A stretch of DNA of 63,978 nt, the filler included, from Octopus bimaculoides (Eukaryota), in assembly GCF_001194135.2 (NCBI RefSeq). It is 7 parts of 5 records of this genome, joined end to end, with 100 filler letters (N's around TTAATTAATTAA, not from the genome) between each part and the next. Parts side by side here need not be neighbours in the genome. Positions count along the whole stretch, not along the records: positions 1 to 14,189 come from NC_068986.1; positions 14,290 to 29,696 come from NC_068982.1; 5 more parts are not named here. One strand, given 5' to 3'. A program made the position numbers and the translations under genes. The notes beneath the pieces were generated by a model. The model did not search any database. It saw only the letters and a list, made by a program, of their open reading frames with translations, and had not been told where the DNA came from. Every line of letters begins with the position of its first letter. Position 1 is the first letter of the stretch. Positions 12,335 to 23,921 of the stretch are shown piece by piece.

Positions 12335-13010
12335 ACAACTCATGCACGCGCGCACACACACACATATTTATATATATNNNNNNNNNNNNNNNNNNNNNNN
12401 NNNNNNNNNNNNNNNNNNNNNNNNNNNNNNNNNNNNNNNNNNNNNNNNNNNNNNNNNNNNNNNNNNNNNNNNNNNNNNNNNNNNNNNNNNNNNNNNNNNN
12501 NNNNNNNNNNNNNNNNNNNNNNNNNNATATATATATATATATACATATGGGCTTAGCAGAAACGAAATGACGAAGCCTCTGGGAGACCGGTTACCTGTCT
12601 ACATGAACGTGTAATGCATATCTCCCACAAATCAAATTATGCCATCTTAAAATAAAAGGATAGTGCAATCCAATACCATACAACTGACTGCATATAGAAA
12701 ACAGGCTACACATGACACATTTTTTAGTGTTCAGTTAGCGTCCCAGGCTCTTTTTGCTTTCAATGCCCCACCCCTGAGGCTCTTTAAAAAAGTGGTGGAA
12801 ACCAACTTCAAATACTTGGAACAAGGATTCCTGTGAATGCTGCAGGAGATCCCTAAAGACAGGACACGGGGTATTGACATGGCAGATGGGTTAACTCTAT
12901 AACTCAACTTGAACGCTTTCAGAAATGAGTTGCTCATTGATACCTGAGATAAGTCTAAACAGGAAAAATAACAACAATAGTACCATCAGCAGTAATAACA
13001 ATGTTAATAA

Positions 13011-13200
13011 CCTTTCTACCAAAGGCACAAGGCTTGAAATTTTGGGGAAGGGGCCAGTCGATTAGATCGACCTCGGTACGCAACTAGTACTTAATTTATC
13101 GACCTCAAAAGGATGAAAGGCAAAGTCGATCCCGGTGGAATTCGAAATCAGAACGTAGTGACAGACGAAATTCCGCTAAGCATTTCGTTCAGTGTGCTAA
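13011..13200 (-). mobile_element. SINE family B (tRNA head, Meta-domain-like core), head truncated
   Basis: ggatgaaaggcaaagtcga...gaaatcagaacgtagtgacagacgaaattccgctaagc, shared with more than 8 copies in the window. Confidence 0.85.
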
Positions 13201-13202
13201 CT

Positions 13203-13417
13203 CTTCCTTTCTACTCTAGGCGCAAGGCCCGAAACATTTGGAGAATGGGGCCAGTCGATTAGATCGACCCCAGTATGCAACTGGTACTTAATATATCGAC
13301 CCCGAGACGATGAAAGGCAAAGTGGACCTCGGCGGAATTTGAACCCAGAACGTAGCGACGAGCGAAATACCGCTAAGCATTTCGTCCAGCGTGCTAACGA
13401 TACTGCCAACTCGCCGC
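13203..13417 (-). mobile_element. SINE family B, second tandem copy
   Basis: Full head (rc GCGGCGAGTTGGCAGTATCGTTAGC...GGGTTCAAATTCCGCC) to tail ctaggcgcaaggcccgaaa. Confidence 0.88.
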
Positions 13418-13814
13418 ATTCAACAACGTTAAAAACAACGACGGGGGCGATCAAAGCACAACATGCTCTGTTTGCTCATTGTGTTAAAGAGAAAGCTGCA
13501 AAGTCAAACGATGCAGATATATAAACATCAGCTTACACACGCAAGTGTAATTAGTGTTTATTGATTAGTGTTTTTATTATATTGTATTTCTTTCCGTTAT
13601 CGTAGATAATAGTCAGGGTATTAATTGCAAGAGAGTGCTAAATAAGGTTTACGAGGTTCTTAGTGAGACACATAACAAGTATCAGTTTACAGTCAATGAA
13701 CACCCAGGCCACTTCTGTGTGGTGTGTATGTGTGTTTGTGTGAAGGGATACACACACACATATATATGCACACACACATATACATGATAAATATATCTAT
13801 ACACATACATGATA

Positions 13815-13860
<46 letters not shown>

Positions 13861-14189
13861 GTAGTATATTGCCACTTAAGTGTGGCTGACCCCTAGGGGT
13901 GGATGTTACTGTTGCTTTTAGCCCCAGGAGGACATCTCCTCCAGCTGGCTTATCGACACACGACTGTGTCCTGTTTGCCAAGGGAGTTATCCCTCTCACC
14001 TCGACCAGCAGCACGAACGTATCCGGATTTCAGGGTTATTTCCCTTCGTCGGCGTTCGACAGCTGATGACCTTGGTGAGAGAGACAAATCTGGCAAACCT
14101 TATATCTTCTTTTCCAGTGACATTCTTCACTGATATTGAAAAGGTGAAAACAAGCAATGTTAATTCTCTATATGAAGTATTAACAGTAA

Positions 14190-14289
14190 NNNNNNNNNNN
14201 NNNNNNNNNNNNNNNNNNNNNNNNNNNNNNNNNTTAATTAATTAANNNNNNNNNNNNNNNNNNNNNNNNNNNNNNNNNNNNNNNNNNNN
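14190..14289. other. Artificial scaffold join (44 N + TTAATTAATTAA + 44 N)
   Basis: Exact 100-nt spacer with stop codons in all six frames; six identical instances. Confidence 0.95.
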
Positions 14290-14364
<75 letters not shown>

Positions 14365-15188
14365 CATTACTTTGTTTATAACCAATTAACTCGTATTTAA
14401 TCAAACAATGAAGTTGTTTCTCTTGAGTGTTTCCATTTCGTTATTCAATTTGAAGTAATTTTGCTTTTATTTTTCCCTTGCGGTAATTTTTTCTGAACTC
14501 TTTTTATCTTAACTTTCTTTAATTTTCACCTAAATTATTTCTCTTCCTTATTGAGATACAAAGCTGTAATTTTCATCAGTAACGACGCAACATTTGCCAA
14601 ATTATATTGTTAGTCACATTTATAATGAGTGTGTTACGCAAGGAGAATAATTAATGTTGATTACCCGAATGATTAGTGCAGCGCTGAAGAGGAAACTTAA
14701 CTATTCTCGTCATTATATCGGATTATATATTATGTCATGGCGTATTTAATGTCTCTCAGATCTAAAGATTTCTATTCTATTATAATATTTTGATTTATAA
14801 TTTGCAAAATGAAATATAATTGCAGTTTTCCACACAATTACATAACTATGGCAACGAATAGTTCGAAATATGATACGAAGGTGTTTATGAAACATACGTA
14901 CAGTCAAAATGTACCCTGCAAAATTTTCAAATTAATTATATATANNNNNNNNNNNNNNNNNNNNNNNNNNNNNNNNNNNNNNNNNNNNNNNNNNNNNNNN
15001 NNNNNNNNNNNNNNNNNNNNNNNNNNNNNNNNNNNNNNNNNNNNNNNNNNNNNNNNATATATGTATGTATGTATGTATGTATGTAATTAAGATTCAGTTG
15101 AATTAGGTACTTAAACTGAGGCACTAAGCCAGTTCGGTATAGTCTGCTGTTAGATGAACAGAATGTAAATAAGTAACAAGGATGTCCA

Positions 15189-15273
15189 GGTATCAATACA
15201 TTACGGCCGTTTCGAGCAGTTCCATTTAATCGATCAGTTTTAAAGAAACAGCTCTCCTCAGACGTAGATGACC
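15189..15273 (-). ncRNA. Type I hammerhead ribozyme with intact catalytic core
   Basis: Minus strand: TACGT-CTGAGGA-GAGC[T GTTTC TTTAA AACTGATCGA TTAAA T GGAAC T]GCTC-GAAA-CGGCCG-TA-ATGTA. All core nucleotides present, three stems, GUA cleavage triplet. Confidence 0.8.
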
Positions 15274-18144
15274 ATATAGATTTCCAAAATAAAGGATAAA
15301 CCATTTTAAGCAAATTGATATCAATACCAGAAAGCAAATAATTACATTGTTTCTTTATGTTATATTTGTGACAGAATGAGTTTAGAAACCAAAAAAAATT
15401 TAGAGAATAGCAGAGCAAAATAGTGGTGTGGGTCATGATATAGGAGAGGTGAGATAGTTATTTATATTTAGAGGTCTGGTATTGACATAGATTTGTTAAA
15501 AATTGTTTTGTCTTTTATGTTGGAAATCTATATGGTTATCTACGTTGGAGGAGAACCGTTTCTTTAAAATTAATTTAATGTTTTCATCGGTCCATTAAAT
15601 GGAGCCGCTGGAAACGGCCATAATGTATTATTACCTGGACGTCCTCATTATTTATTTAAATTATGTGTGTGTGTGTGTGTGTGTGTATACATTCACGCCT
15701 ATAACTCTGTGTGTGTGCGTGTGTATACACACTAAATCTCACATGCTCTGAGATCGAGAGAAATTCGTGTATATGTATGAGCAACAAATATACATGTTTT
15801 CATTATTTTCATACGGAATAATGTTCTAATTACAAGACGCTCGCAGTATTATAATTATTATCATTATTATTTTATTACACGTATGTAACATGCATGTATC
15901 AATAGATACGTACCTGTTTACTTGTGTGTGCGTGCTCTGGGGTGTGTGTGCATGTATGCGCGTTCTGAAGTGTGTGTGTGTGCGCGTGCGTGCGCGTGCG
16001 CGTGTGCGCGTGTGTGTGTGTGTGCGTGTGTGTGTGTGTGCGTGTGTGTGCGCGCGTGTGCGAGTGTACCCGCGCATATATGCATAGGTATGTGATAGAG
16101 CCGCAAATTTTCGAATAGGTAATTGTGTGTCTGTGTGGTGTAGCTGGTTATGTTTTTGGAACGGATAAGCGTTCGTGTGTATGTTTGTGTATGTGTGAGT
16201 TTCCGCGTATGCGTTTGTGTGTGCGCGTGCATGTATTACATGCGTAGCGGAAGTGGTGTTGTGGTTCTGTTATTTCTATTGTGTACATTTTTTTTTATTT
16301 AATATTGGTATATCTAATGGCTGAGGTCGCGAATTGCGCCGAAAGAACTCTGAGAGCGAAATCTAACAAACGATTGATTTTTCAATAATCACATGAAACA
16401 AACAATTGAGTAGTGAAGGCATGTCAATGATAAAGTCGGGAACAGCGACCAAAGGACTGTGACAGGAAAACTACCAATCAATACATTTTACAAACAATGG
16501 AATCGTTGGTTGGTAAAATAAAGAAGTAGTATTGAACCAGTGCATGTATTTGTTTTCATTTTTATTCGAATAATAACCCTCGCTAGACACAAGATTTGTT
16601 TCAACACATGAATACACATCAAGAATCATGTATACCAAATGCAGAAATGAAATGTATATATTTGTTTCCTTTTTGTTATGACTGATATATTGAAAACCCG
16701 ACTATGTTCTAAATATTATATTTTTTAATAGTAAAATACTGAAACGAAGAAATCTGGGTAGAATTTGTAGCAAAAGACTACATGATTGAATGATTGTTAA
16801 AATCGCATTGGATGCTCGAAATATATGCACAATATACCTCACCATAATCTTCAAAGTTCTAGTAAAAAGATGTAAATATTCATCAACAATTGTTGTTAGT
16901 TCCCTTACGAGATTTGATATCCTAAAATATGTCACATTCTAGAAAGTTTATACTACTTTACATTTCCATGACACATTTGAAATAGATTTACTTCATCGGA
17001 GACATGTTATATACGTTTGCTCCATTCTTCTTTGTATATATCTAATAACATAGATAGACAAATAAGTCCCAATGATTTATAGTTGTCATAATCGAAGATA
17101 CTGTGCCGTCTATTGTAAGGCATGTGTACGATGTTATGTATACAGAAAGATAAATGTACACAAATTATTGTGTACATCGCTTATATTGCTTTAGTTGTAA
17201 TGGATAACGTGCCCATATATATTATCTCGTTACAGCACAATTTCAACATAACTACCTCTATACAAATAAAACAGAGTGCTCATTAAACTGGTAGAAGGTT
17301 GACAGACATCTACATAGGATGTATATCTATATTATTTATATCTAAATTGGTAGGATAGTACTGCAATTATTGTAAAGTGGGAAAGAATATTTGAAAACGT
17401 AAATAGAATAAAGTCGATGCAATTTCATAACACCAGTTTCAAAGACAATATGACAATGATAAGTGATAAAATTAAAGACATGTTAATATCATGTGTGGAC
17501 AGGGCAAGAGATATTTATCATTATATTGCAAATGTTAAGTGTTCTTGATGTGAAATTGTGTCACAGAATGAGATTTAAATATATGTTTGATAGTAAGGGT
17601 AAAACGTATACTATAAACAACTATTAAAGATGAAAAGTTGTATATTCTTTTTGATCATTCTACAAGATCTTTTATTATTCTGGATTTAAGACACAGCCAA
17701 AGCTTTTAGTTACATACATAAATGTCACGTGACATTGTTTCCATTCTCATGTGTCGGATGAACGAAACTGTATATAAAAATGGCTGACATACATAAGTAA
17801 ATCTAACTTAAACTACTTAAAAAGCATCCAAAGATATCTAAAAGGAATTCATCCAGGAGAATAACTGTTTCATTCTCTCTGTTTCAGTGTTTATGTCGCA
17901 CTTTTCCTTTCTGCATTCCTTTGTTTCCCTCTCTTCTCCCTATGCGCTATTGTTGCATTCATCTTCCGACAAACATGTTTTATTATAATATGAAACAATG
18001 CACAACGAATGAATGGGTGAGAAACTTGAATGCCTGTACTTCATTAATTTGAATTTGCAAACACAAACTCAACACACACAAATACGTAGGTATAGACAAA
18101 CATACGCACACTTAAATGTATGTGCGAGCACCTGTGTGCTAGTA

Positions 18145-18185
<41 letters not shown>

Positions 18186-18238
18186 CTATCTATCTATATG
18201 TCTATATATCTATAAATACATATGTGCGTGTGTGAATA

Positions 18239-18453
18239 CAGTAATCCCTCGACTACTGCGGGTGTTATGTTACAAAACCACTTGTGATGGGTGAAAATAC
18301 GCGAAGTAGAAACAGCGCTGTATATTCTTTCATCATTTTTATGTGTGTATATCTATTTTATTATAAATGGAAAATAACATCACGGAAGAATCGACCTCAG
18401 CTTAAATAATAAACCGCAATGCGTGAACCACGACATGACACGCGATTACTCTG
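18239..18453. mobile_element. Tc1/mariner (pogo/Tigger-like) MITE
   Basis: TA|CAGTAATCCCTCG ... GCGATTACTCTG|TA; homologous copy at 23698. Confidence 0.7.
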
Positions 18454-19070
18454 TATACTTTCTTTTATTAAAGATGCAAAATCATCACAAAAAATTGTGA
18501 CTCAGAGTTTCACGTTACATACCTATACAGGTGAATAGGTAGGTAGATAAGTACATAGGTAATCCGGACAGATAAATACACACACACACAGCCAGCGCAC
18601 ACACAAATGACACACACATACAACACACACACAACACACACGCACGAACACAACACACATAAACACATACACACACAAAAAAGGAATTTTACAAGAGTAT
18701 TCATGGTACTACAAGAGCATGGGAAACCTATAAATCTACTGAATCTGATATAATACAGACCAGTAGCTCACCTTATTTGACTGCCCTGGACTACTGCATT
18801 TGTGTGGGAGATGGTGACTGGTGACTCTAGAGTGTCAAGGAGTTGCTGAGGACTACCGTGAGTGGCGTAAAATAGAGACGCGTCATCTGCATATACTGTT
18901 GCTTGTGCCTGGCTTGTAGCAAACGCATCATTAGGTAATGAAAACGGATTAGTTGAACAACCTCTTGTGTGTGTCCTGTGTTTTATATATTTATATAATA
19001 TATAATTATATGCATATATACATACATAAATATATATACCTACATATATATGTATATATAAATGTATATA

Positions 19071-19265
19071 TGGTACAGGACAGGACATTAAAAAAAATGT
19101 TAAACACAATGAGAAACGCAAACATAAAACGAAGACATAGAAAACGAACTTTTTTTCGAACAACGTAAGAAACAACAGAAAAATGAGACATGCAATATAA
19201 AGACAATACCTCTTCGTCAGTTGTCCCTGTTTCATCTACTCTGCGTTTCGAAGGCAAGGACAATA
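19071..19265. mobile_element. Family E: microsatellite-embedded short element beginning GGTACAGGAC
   Basis: Shares its terminus with 42497, 46505 and 54471; contains CTTCGTCAG and GTTTCGAA motifs. Confidence 0.6.
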
Positions 19266-19757
19266 TGCGAGGTGAATATGTTAATTAATTTCTATTCATT
19301 ACATCGCTCTCTGTTTTCCCACTTAATAATAATATTTAATATTTTACAATATCTTATATAATATATTCATTGAAGAAATATCTCATCATACTATCTTGAA
19401 TAAAAAAATATCCCTATAAAAAGTCTAAATATCCATATATATGTACATACTGACATATATATATATATATATATATATANNNNNNNNNNNNNNNNNNNNN
19501 NNNNNNNNNNNNNNNNNNNNNNNNNNNNNNNNNNNNNNNNNNNNNNNNNNNNNNNNNNNNNNNNNNNNNNNNNNNNNNNNNNNNNNNNNNNNNNNNNAGT
19601 CTGGTATATATTTTACCTGTTACTGTTAGCGAACCGTTCGTGTGGGGGAGGGGGGGGCTAAAGCAAATAGATCAGGTTGTCGTGTGGTGGAGGAGAAGCA
19701 GAGAGGAAATGACACACACTAACACAGACACATATACACACATGCACACACACACAT

Positions 19758-19810
<53 letters not shown>

Positions 19811-19895
19811 CTCATGCAAACATATATGTGTATATATATGTATATATAGGTGAGAAAGTTGGTATGTGAAAGCACGTGGTTGGATGTATAAAAGG

Positions 19896-20470
19896 TAAGA
19901 GTGAAAAAGCTACAGATGGCTTGTGTTACATGGTTAAGGTATATATTTAAATTATGTCAGAAAAATGTTATAATTTTTTTTTTTTTTTTGTTTGGTATAT
20001 AAACATTGTATTTGGAGAAATAACCGGTTTCGTGTTGTCTTTTCAAATTTCTCTACTTCATTGTAACATGTGTTCGCTCCAGTCTGAAAAGAAGTGTTCT
20101 AGATAGGGGGAGGTAATTAGGCTTTCTCCCGGTATAAGGGAGATAATTGAAATCTAGGAGGTGGTAGAATTTGATTAATTTACCATGGTTTTGTTCTATA
20201 TTTTTTCCCCTCTCAGTGGTGTGATGAATTTCCTTATTTAAATGTTTTAGCAATGGTTAAGTTTGCGTTTGTACTTTTGAATGAAAAAGGTTTCCTTATT
20301 CAATCTAATTTGCGTTGGTGTTCTAATGGCACGTTGATAGAAAGGAAAGATTATAAATTGTGGTAGCATTTGTCTTGCGCATTTCTCAATATGCTCAACA
20401 TTTTTCTGACATAAGTTAAATATATACTTTAACCATGTAACACAAGCCTTCTGTAGTTTTTTCACTCTTA
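19896..20470. mobile_element. Cassette bounded by 74-bp inverted repeats enclosing a Penelope-like 3' fragment
   Basis: 19896-19969 versus rc of 20397-20470 differ at 4 of 74 positions; a third copy of the arm lies at 42279. Confidence 0.8.
20247..20400 (-). pseudogene. Penelope-like GIY-YIG endonuclease C-terminal fragment
   Basis: VEHIEKCARQMLPQFIIFPFYQRAIRTPTQIRLNKETFFIQKYKRKLNHC* matches the H...C...F.I.PF......R..KE.FFI.K...LN pattern that ends Penelope ORFs. Confidence 0.65.
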
Positions 20471-20471
20471 T

Positions 20472-20528
<57 letters not shown>

Positions 20529-20587
20529 CACACACGCACAAACATGTCTTACTAGATATACATGCATATGTATGTATGTATGTATAT

Positions 20588-20730
20588 GACAGGCATCTTT
20601 CAGTTTCCACATCCACTCACAAGGTTTTGACCGGACCGATACTATATTGGACTACACTTGCAGCAGATACCACGAAGGGGGACTGAACCCAGGACCATGT
20701 GATTGAGATGCAAACCTATTACCGCAGCCA
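20588..20730 (-). mobile_element. SINE family A, diverged 5' half
   Basis: tctttcagtttcc..atccactcacaagg...gggactgaacccaggaccatgtg. Confidence 0.7.
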
Positions 20731-21200
20731 TTTTCAGAAATCATACAAACTTTGAGCAGTTTTTAGTTAGGCTCTTTAGCTTCAATCGGCTTCGTATCCT
20801 ACCGGACCATTAAATCAAAATGGCAGTCTCCTCGTGGACTCTAGAAACACTAACTTTTGCAACAAAATCGAATTTACATCACACTCTACTGTCTTAAATC
20901 AGACACAGAGTTGCACATAAAATATATATGAGTGCCTCTGTCTATAAGCGTGTGTAGAAATGTGTGTATATACATCATATATATATATAGATATATAGTA
21001 GGAGAACAGAATAAAATATGTGTATTTGTGTTGTCAATATATAGATTTAGCCCTCGTTAATATTAGTAGTTTCATTACTCTCTTAACTTAGTTTTTAACT
21101 CATTCATAACACTATTAGTAATGATGTGTTAATCCATACTTCGACTACACCAGCATGTACGTACATATACATATATATGCATGTATATGTATGTGTATGT

Positions 21201-21241
<41 letters not shown>

Positions 21242-22065
21242 GTGTGCACAGAACAAGCCTTGTGCGTATTGATTTGAAATACTATTATATAAACAAAAGT
21301 AACTAATTACTTACAATTTTGTGTTTACCATAGATTATATAAACATGTCTGATTCAAACTACATACGAATAGATACATAACAGAAGTATATCCATTTCCT
21401 TATTGTATTAAGTATCTACGCATTGTATATAATATCTCGTATCAATTCATGTTGAGGTTCGCTGAGAATGGACTTCTACAATTCATGTTTGCTTTAAAAC
21501 AATACCGACTTAAGTAACATGCCTTTTAGCTGCTCCGTTTCCCTCCAGCAACAAGAAGTAAATGCTGCTTAAATCTAATCACTATCATCATTTAAAAAAA
21601 TACAAACAAAAAAAAAACAGATGTCATGCTAGATGAACTTTGCTTGAATATACACAGAAGAACAATTAAGATGAGAGCATCTTTCACCATAGTCTTCCTA
21701 ACCCGAGCAGCGTTGACACGGAGCTAAATGACTGGCATAACGAAACTAAGAAATAACTCTATTTGTTACCGTTTTATCTAAGTCGAATTTATTTCTCTTT
21801 ACGCAATTAACAGCCGAAGTCCCATTTTGGGAACTAACAATTTAAATTTAATATAAATGATATTATAAAGCAGCTAGTGTTTCTTTTGTTATTACTCTTC
21901 ACATTTACAGTATTCTAGTATAATATGAAAAATAGGCAATATTACAGGAAGAATATAGCAAAGAGCCCATAGGAACTAATAAATGTAAATATTTTAACCT
22001 ATGTTAAAATATCAGGGTATATTACGGAATAAAATAAAAAATAAAGGCACCCTTTTAAAGACTAA

Positions 22066-22274
22066 TTTTCCCGGTTTCATTGGCGTATGTGCTCCGCAGT
22101 TGGACGGGACGCCAGTCCATCGCAGCGTTACTCATTTTTGCCAGCTGAGTGGACTGGAGCAACGTGAAATGAAGTGTTTTGGTCAAGAAAACCACGCGTC
22201 GCCCGGTCCAGGAATCGAAACCACAATCTTACGATCATGGTGTTGACACCCTAACCACTAAGTCACGTGACTCC
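22066..22274 (-). mobile_element. SINE family C (tRNA head + CORE-like + V-like segment)
   Basis: rc: TGACTTAGTGGTTAGGG...GGTTTCGATTCC...CACTTCATTTCACGTTGCTCCAGTCCACTCAGCTGGCAAAAATGAGTA...GCGATGGACTGGCGTCCCGTCC. Confidence 0.8.
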
Positions 22275-22545
22275 ACATATTACGGAATATAGTGTTATAT
22301 ACATTATGCCCGACAAGGACTACAGGAATTACATTGAACTTAGGCACTGATATGAATCGACCTGGGACTAAGGAGACATCACGTTTCAAAGTCACTTTTA
22401 TATTACGTCTTGCCGTCATAACAAACATAAGGACAGGTAGGTTACGATAACCGTAAGCTGCGCCTGAATAAGTGTCATTACTGAAACATCTTCGATGATG
22501 GGGAAGCGTAGTGGCAGCAGTAGGAGCAGTGGCGGCGACGGCAAT

Positions 22546-22549
22546 GGTG

Positions 22550-22628
<79 letters not shown>

Positions 22629-22663
22629 NNNNNNNNNNGGTGGTGGTGGTGGTAGTAGTAGTT

Positions 22664-22710
<47 letters not shown>

Positions 22711-22723
22711 TGTAGTAGTAGTA
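22546..22723. repeat. Compound (GGT)n(AGT)n microsatellite
   Basis: Directly visible; explains the poly-Y/S/V/L ORFs. Confidence 0.95.
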
Positions 22724-23525
22724 TGGTGTCATGCGTGGTAACAGCGCATCGCTGCATCCAAATCACAGACATAGATATTTAACTGCGATGTTAACATTCA
22801 TACGAAAATATAACAGATTCAAATAGTGTCATTAACTTCAGCAACTTCATATCAGATACATATCTAAATTGTTCTGTTTATTGAAAATATTATCGCTTTC
22901 ATTTATTTATATTTATTTGTTCCTTAAAGTATTTCTACCGATTTCTTCTGAGTCCGCAAGGTACAACATTTACGAAAATCAAACACACATACACACACAG
23001 AAAAAAGATAAGTTTTCAGTTACAATTTTGATGAAAAATATATCTCTGGTTCTTCAGTTTCTTCTTAGTATTCGTCGCTACCATAATACGTTGAAATACT
23101 TGAAAACAGGGCCACAAACTATTGATTTAATGGTTTTTCCGACAAATTATAAATCACAGTTTCTGAGCCTTTTAACTAATTCACCAGTGGATTTTGTCAG
23201 ATTATGCAGACATATATTCTAGTTGCAATGGAGAAGCAAATGATATATCTGTATCGAGAGAATATCAAAATGGGTTGCAGAATGACCCTACGCTAAAAAC
23301 CTATAAATCATCAACATGTTATATAACCCACCATGACAACATACTCTTAATTTGAGAATTATTACTATACTATACTATTTATAAATACACAGATATATAC
23401 ACACACACATATAAGTGTTTATGTATCTTTGTATTTATGCGTGCATATGAGCTTGTATGTACTTGTGTCAATGGATATCGAAGGCAAGTGTAGCTGTGCG
23501 GACATAAGTACAGTGTGTGTTGTTA

Positions 23526-23584
<59 letters not shown>

Positions 23585-23697
23585 GTATAAAACTTTGATG
23601 AGGAACCGGTTGACAGTGATCTCGAAGTTTCGGATTCGAAATGCGACTAAAGTAACTCAGTTTAAACTTCGAAGTCACTTTTTCACTTATGAAACTA

Positions 23698-23921
23698 CAG
23701 TATACCCTCGACTATCGCGGGTGTTACATTACAAAACAACCCACGATAAGAAAAAATCCGCGAAGTGAAAACAGTACTGTACTGTATTTTATTACTATTA
23801 TTATTTTATAATCTGTATATATTTATTTTATTGCAAATGCAAAACAACGCCACGGAGGAATCGACGTAAGATTAAATAATAAACCGTGATAAATGAACTG
23901 CTATATGGCGAGGGATTACTA
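23698..23921. mobile_element. Tc1/mariner (pogo/Tigger-like) MITE, second copy
   Basis: TA|CAGTATACCCTCGACTATCGCGGG ... GCGAGGGATTACTA; collinear with 18239-18453. Confidence 0.72.

Noticed and set aside
12567-12595. ATGACGAAG...GAGACCGGTT, possible hammerhead relic
   Set aside because: Both core halves are mutated and stem I is not evident; too degenerate to support.
12730-12950. Possible CR1-type RT C-terminus (FAFNAPPLRLFKKVV..FKYLEQGFL)
   Set aside because: Similarity is loose with several stops; it cannot be supported without a profile search.
14062-14100. CTGATGA motif suggesting a hammerhead
   Set aside because: No GAAA after a pairable stem II.
22200-22274. tRNA gene candidates at SINE heads (also 13330-13417, 42747-42815, 51690-51752)
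   Set aside because: A and B boxes are present, but each continues into SINE body sequence and lacks a full cloverleaf.
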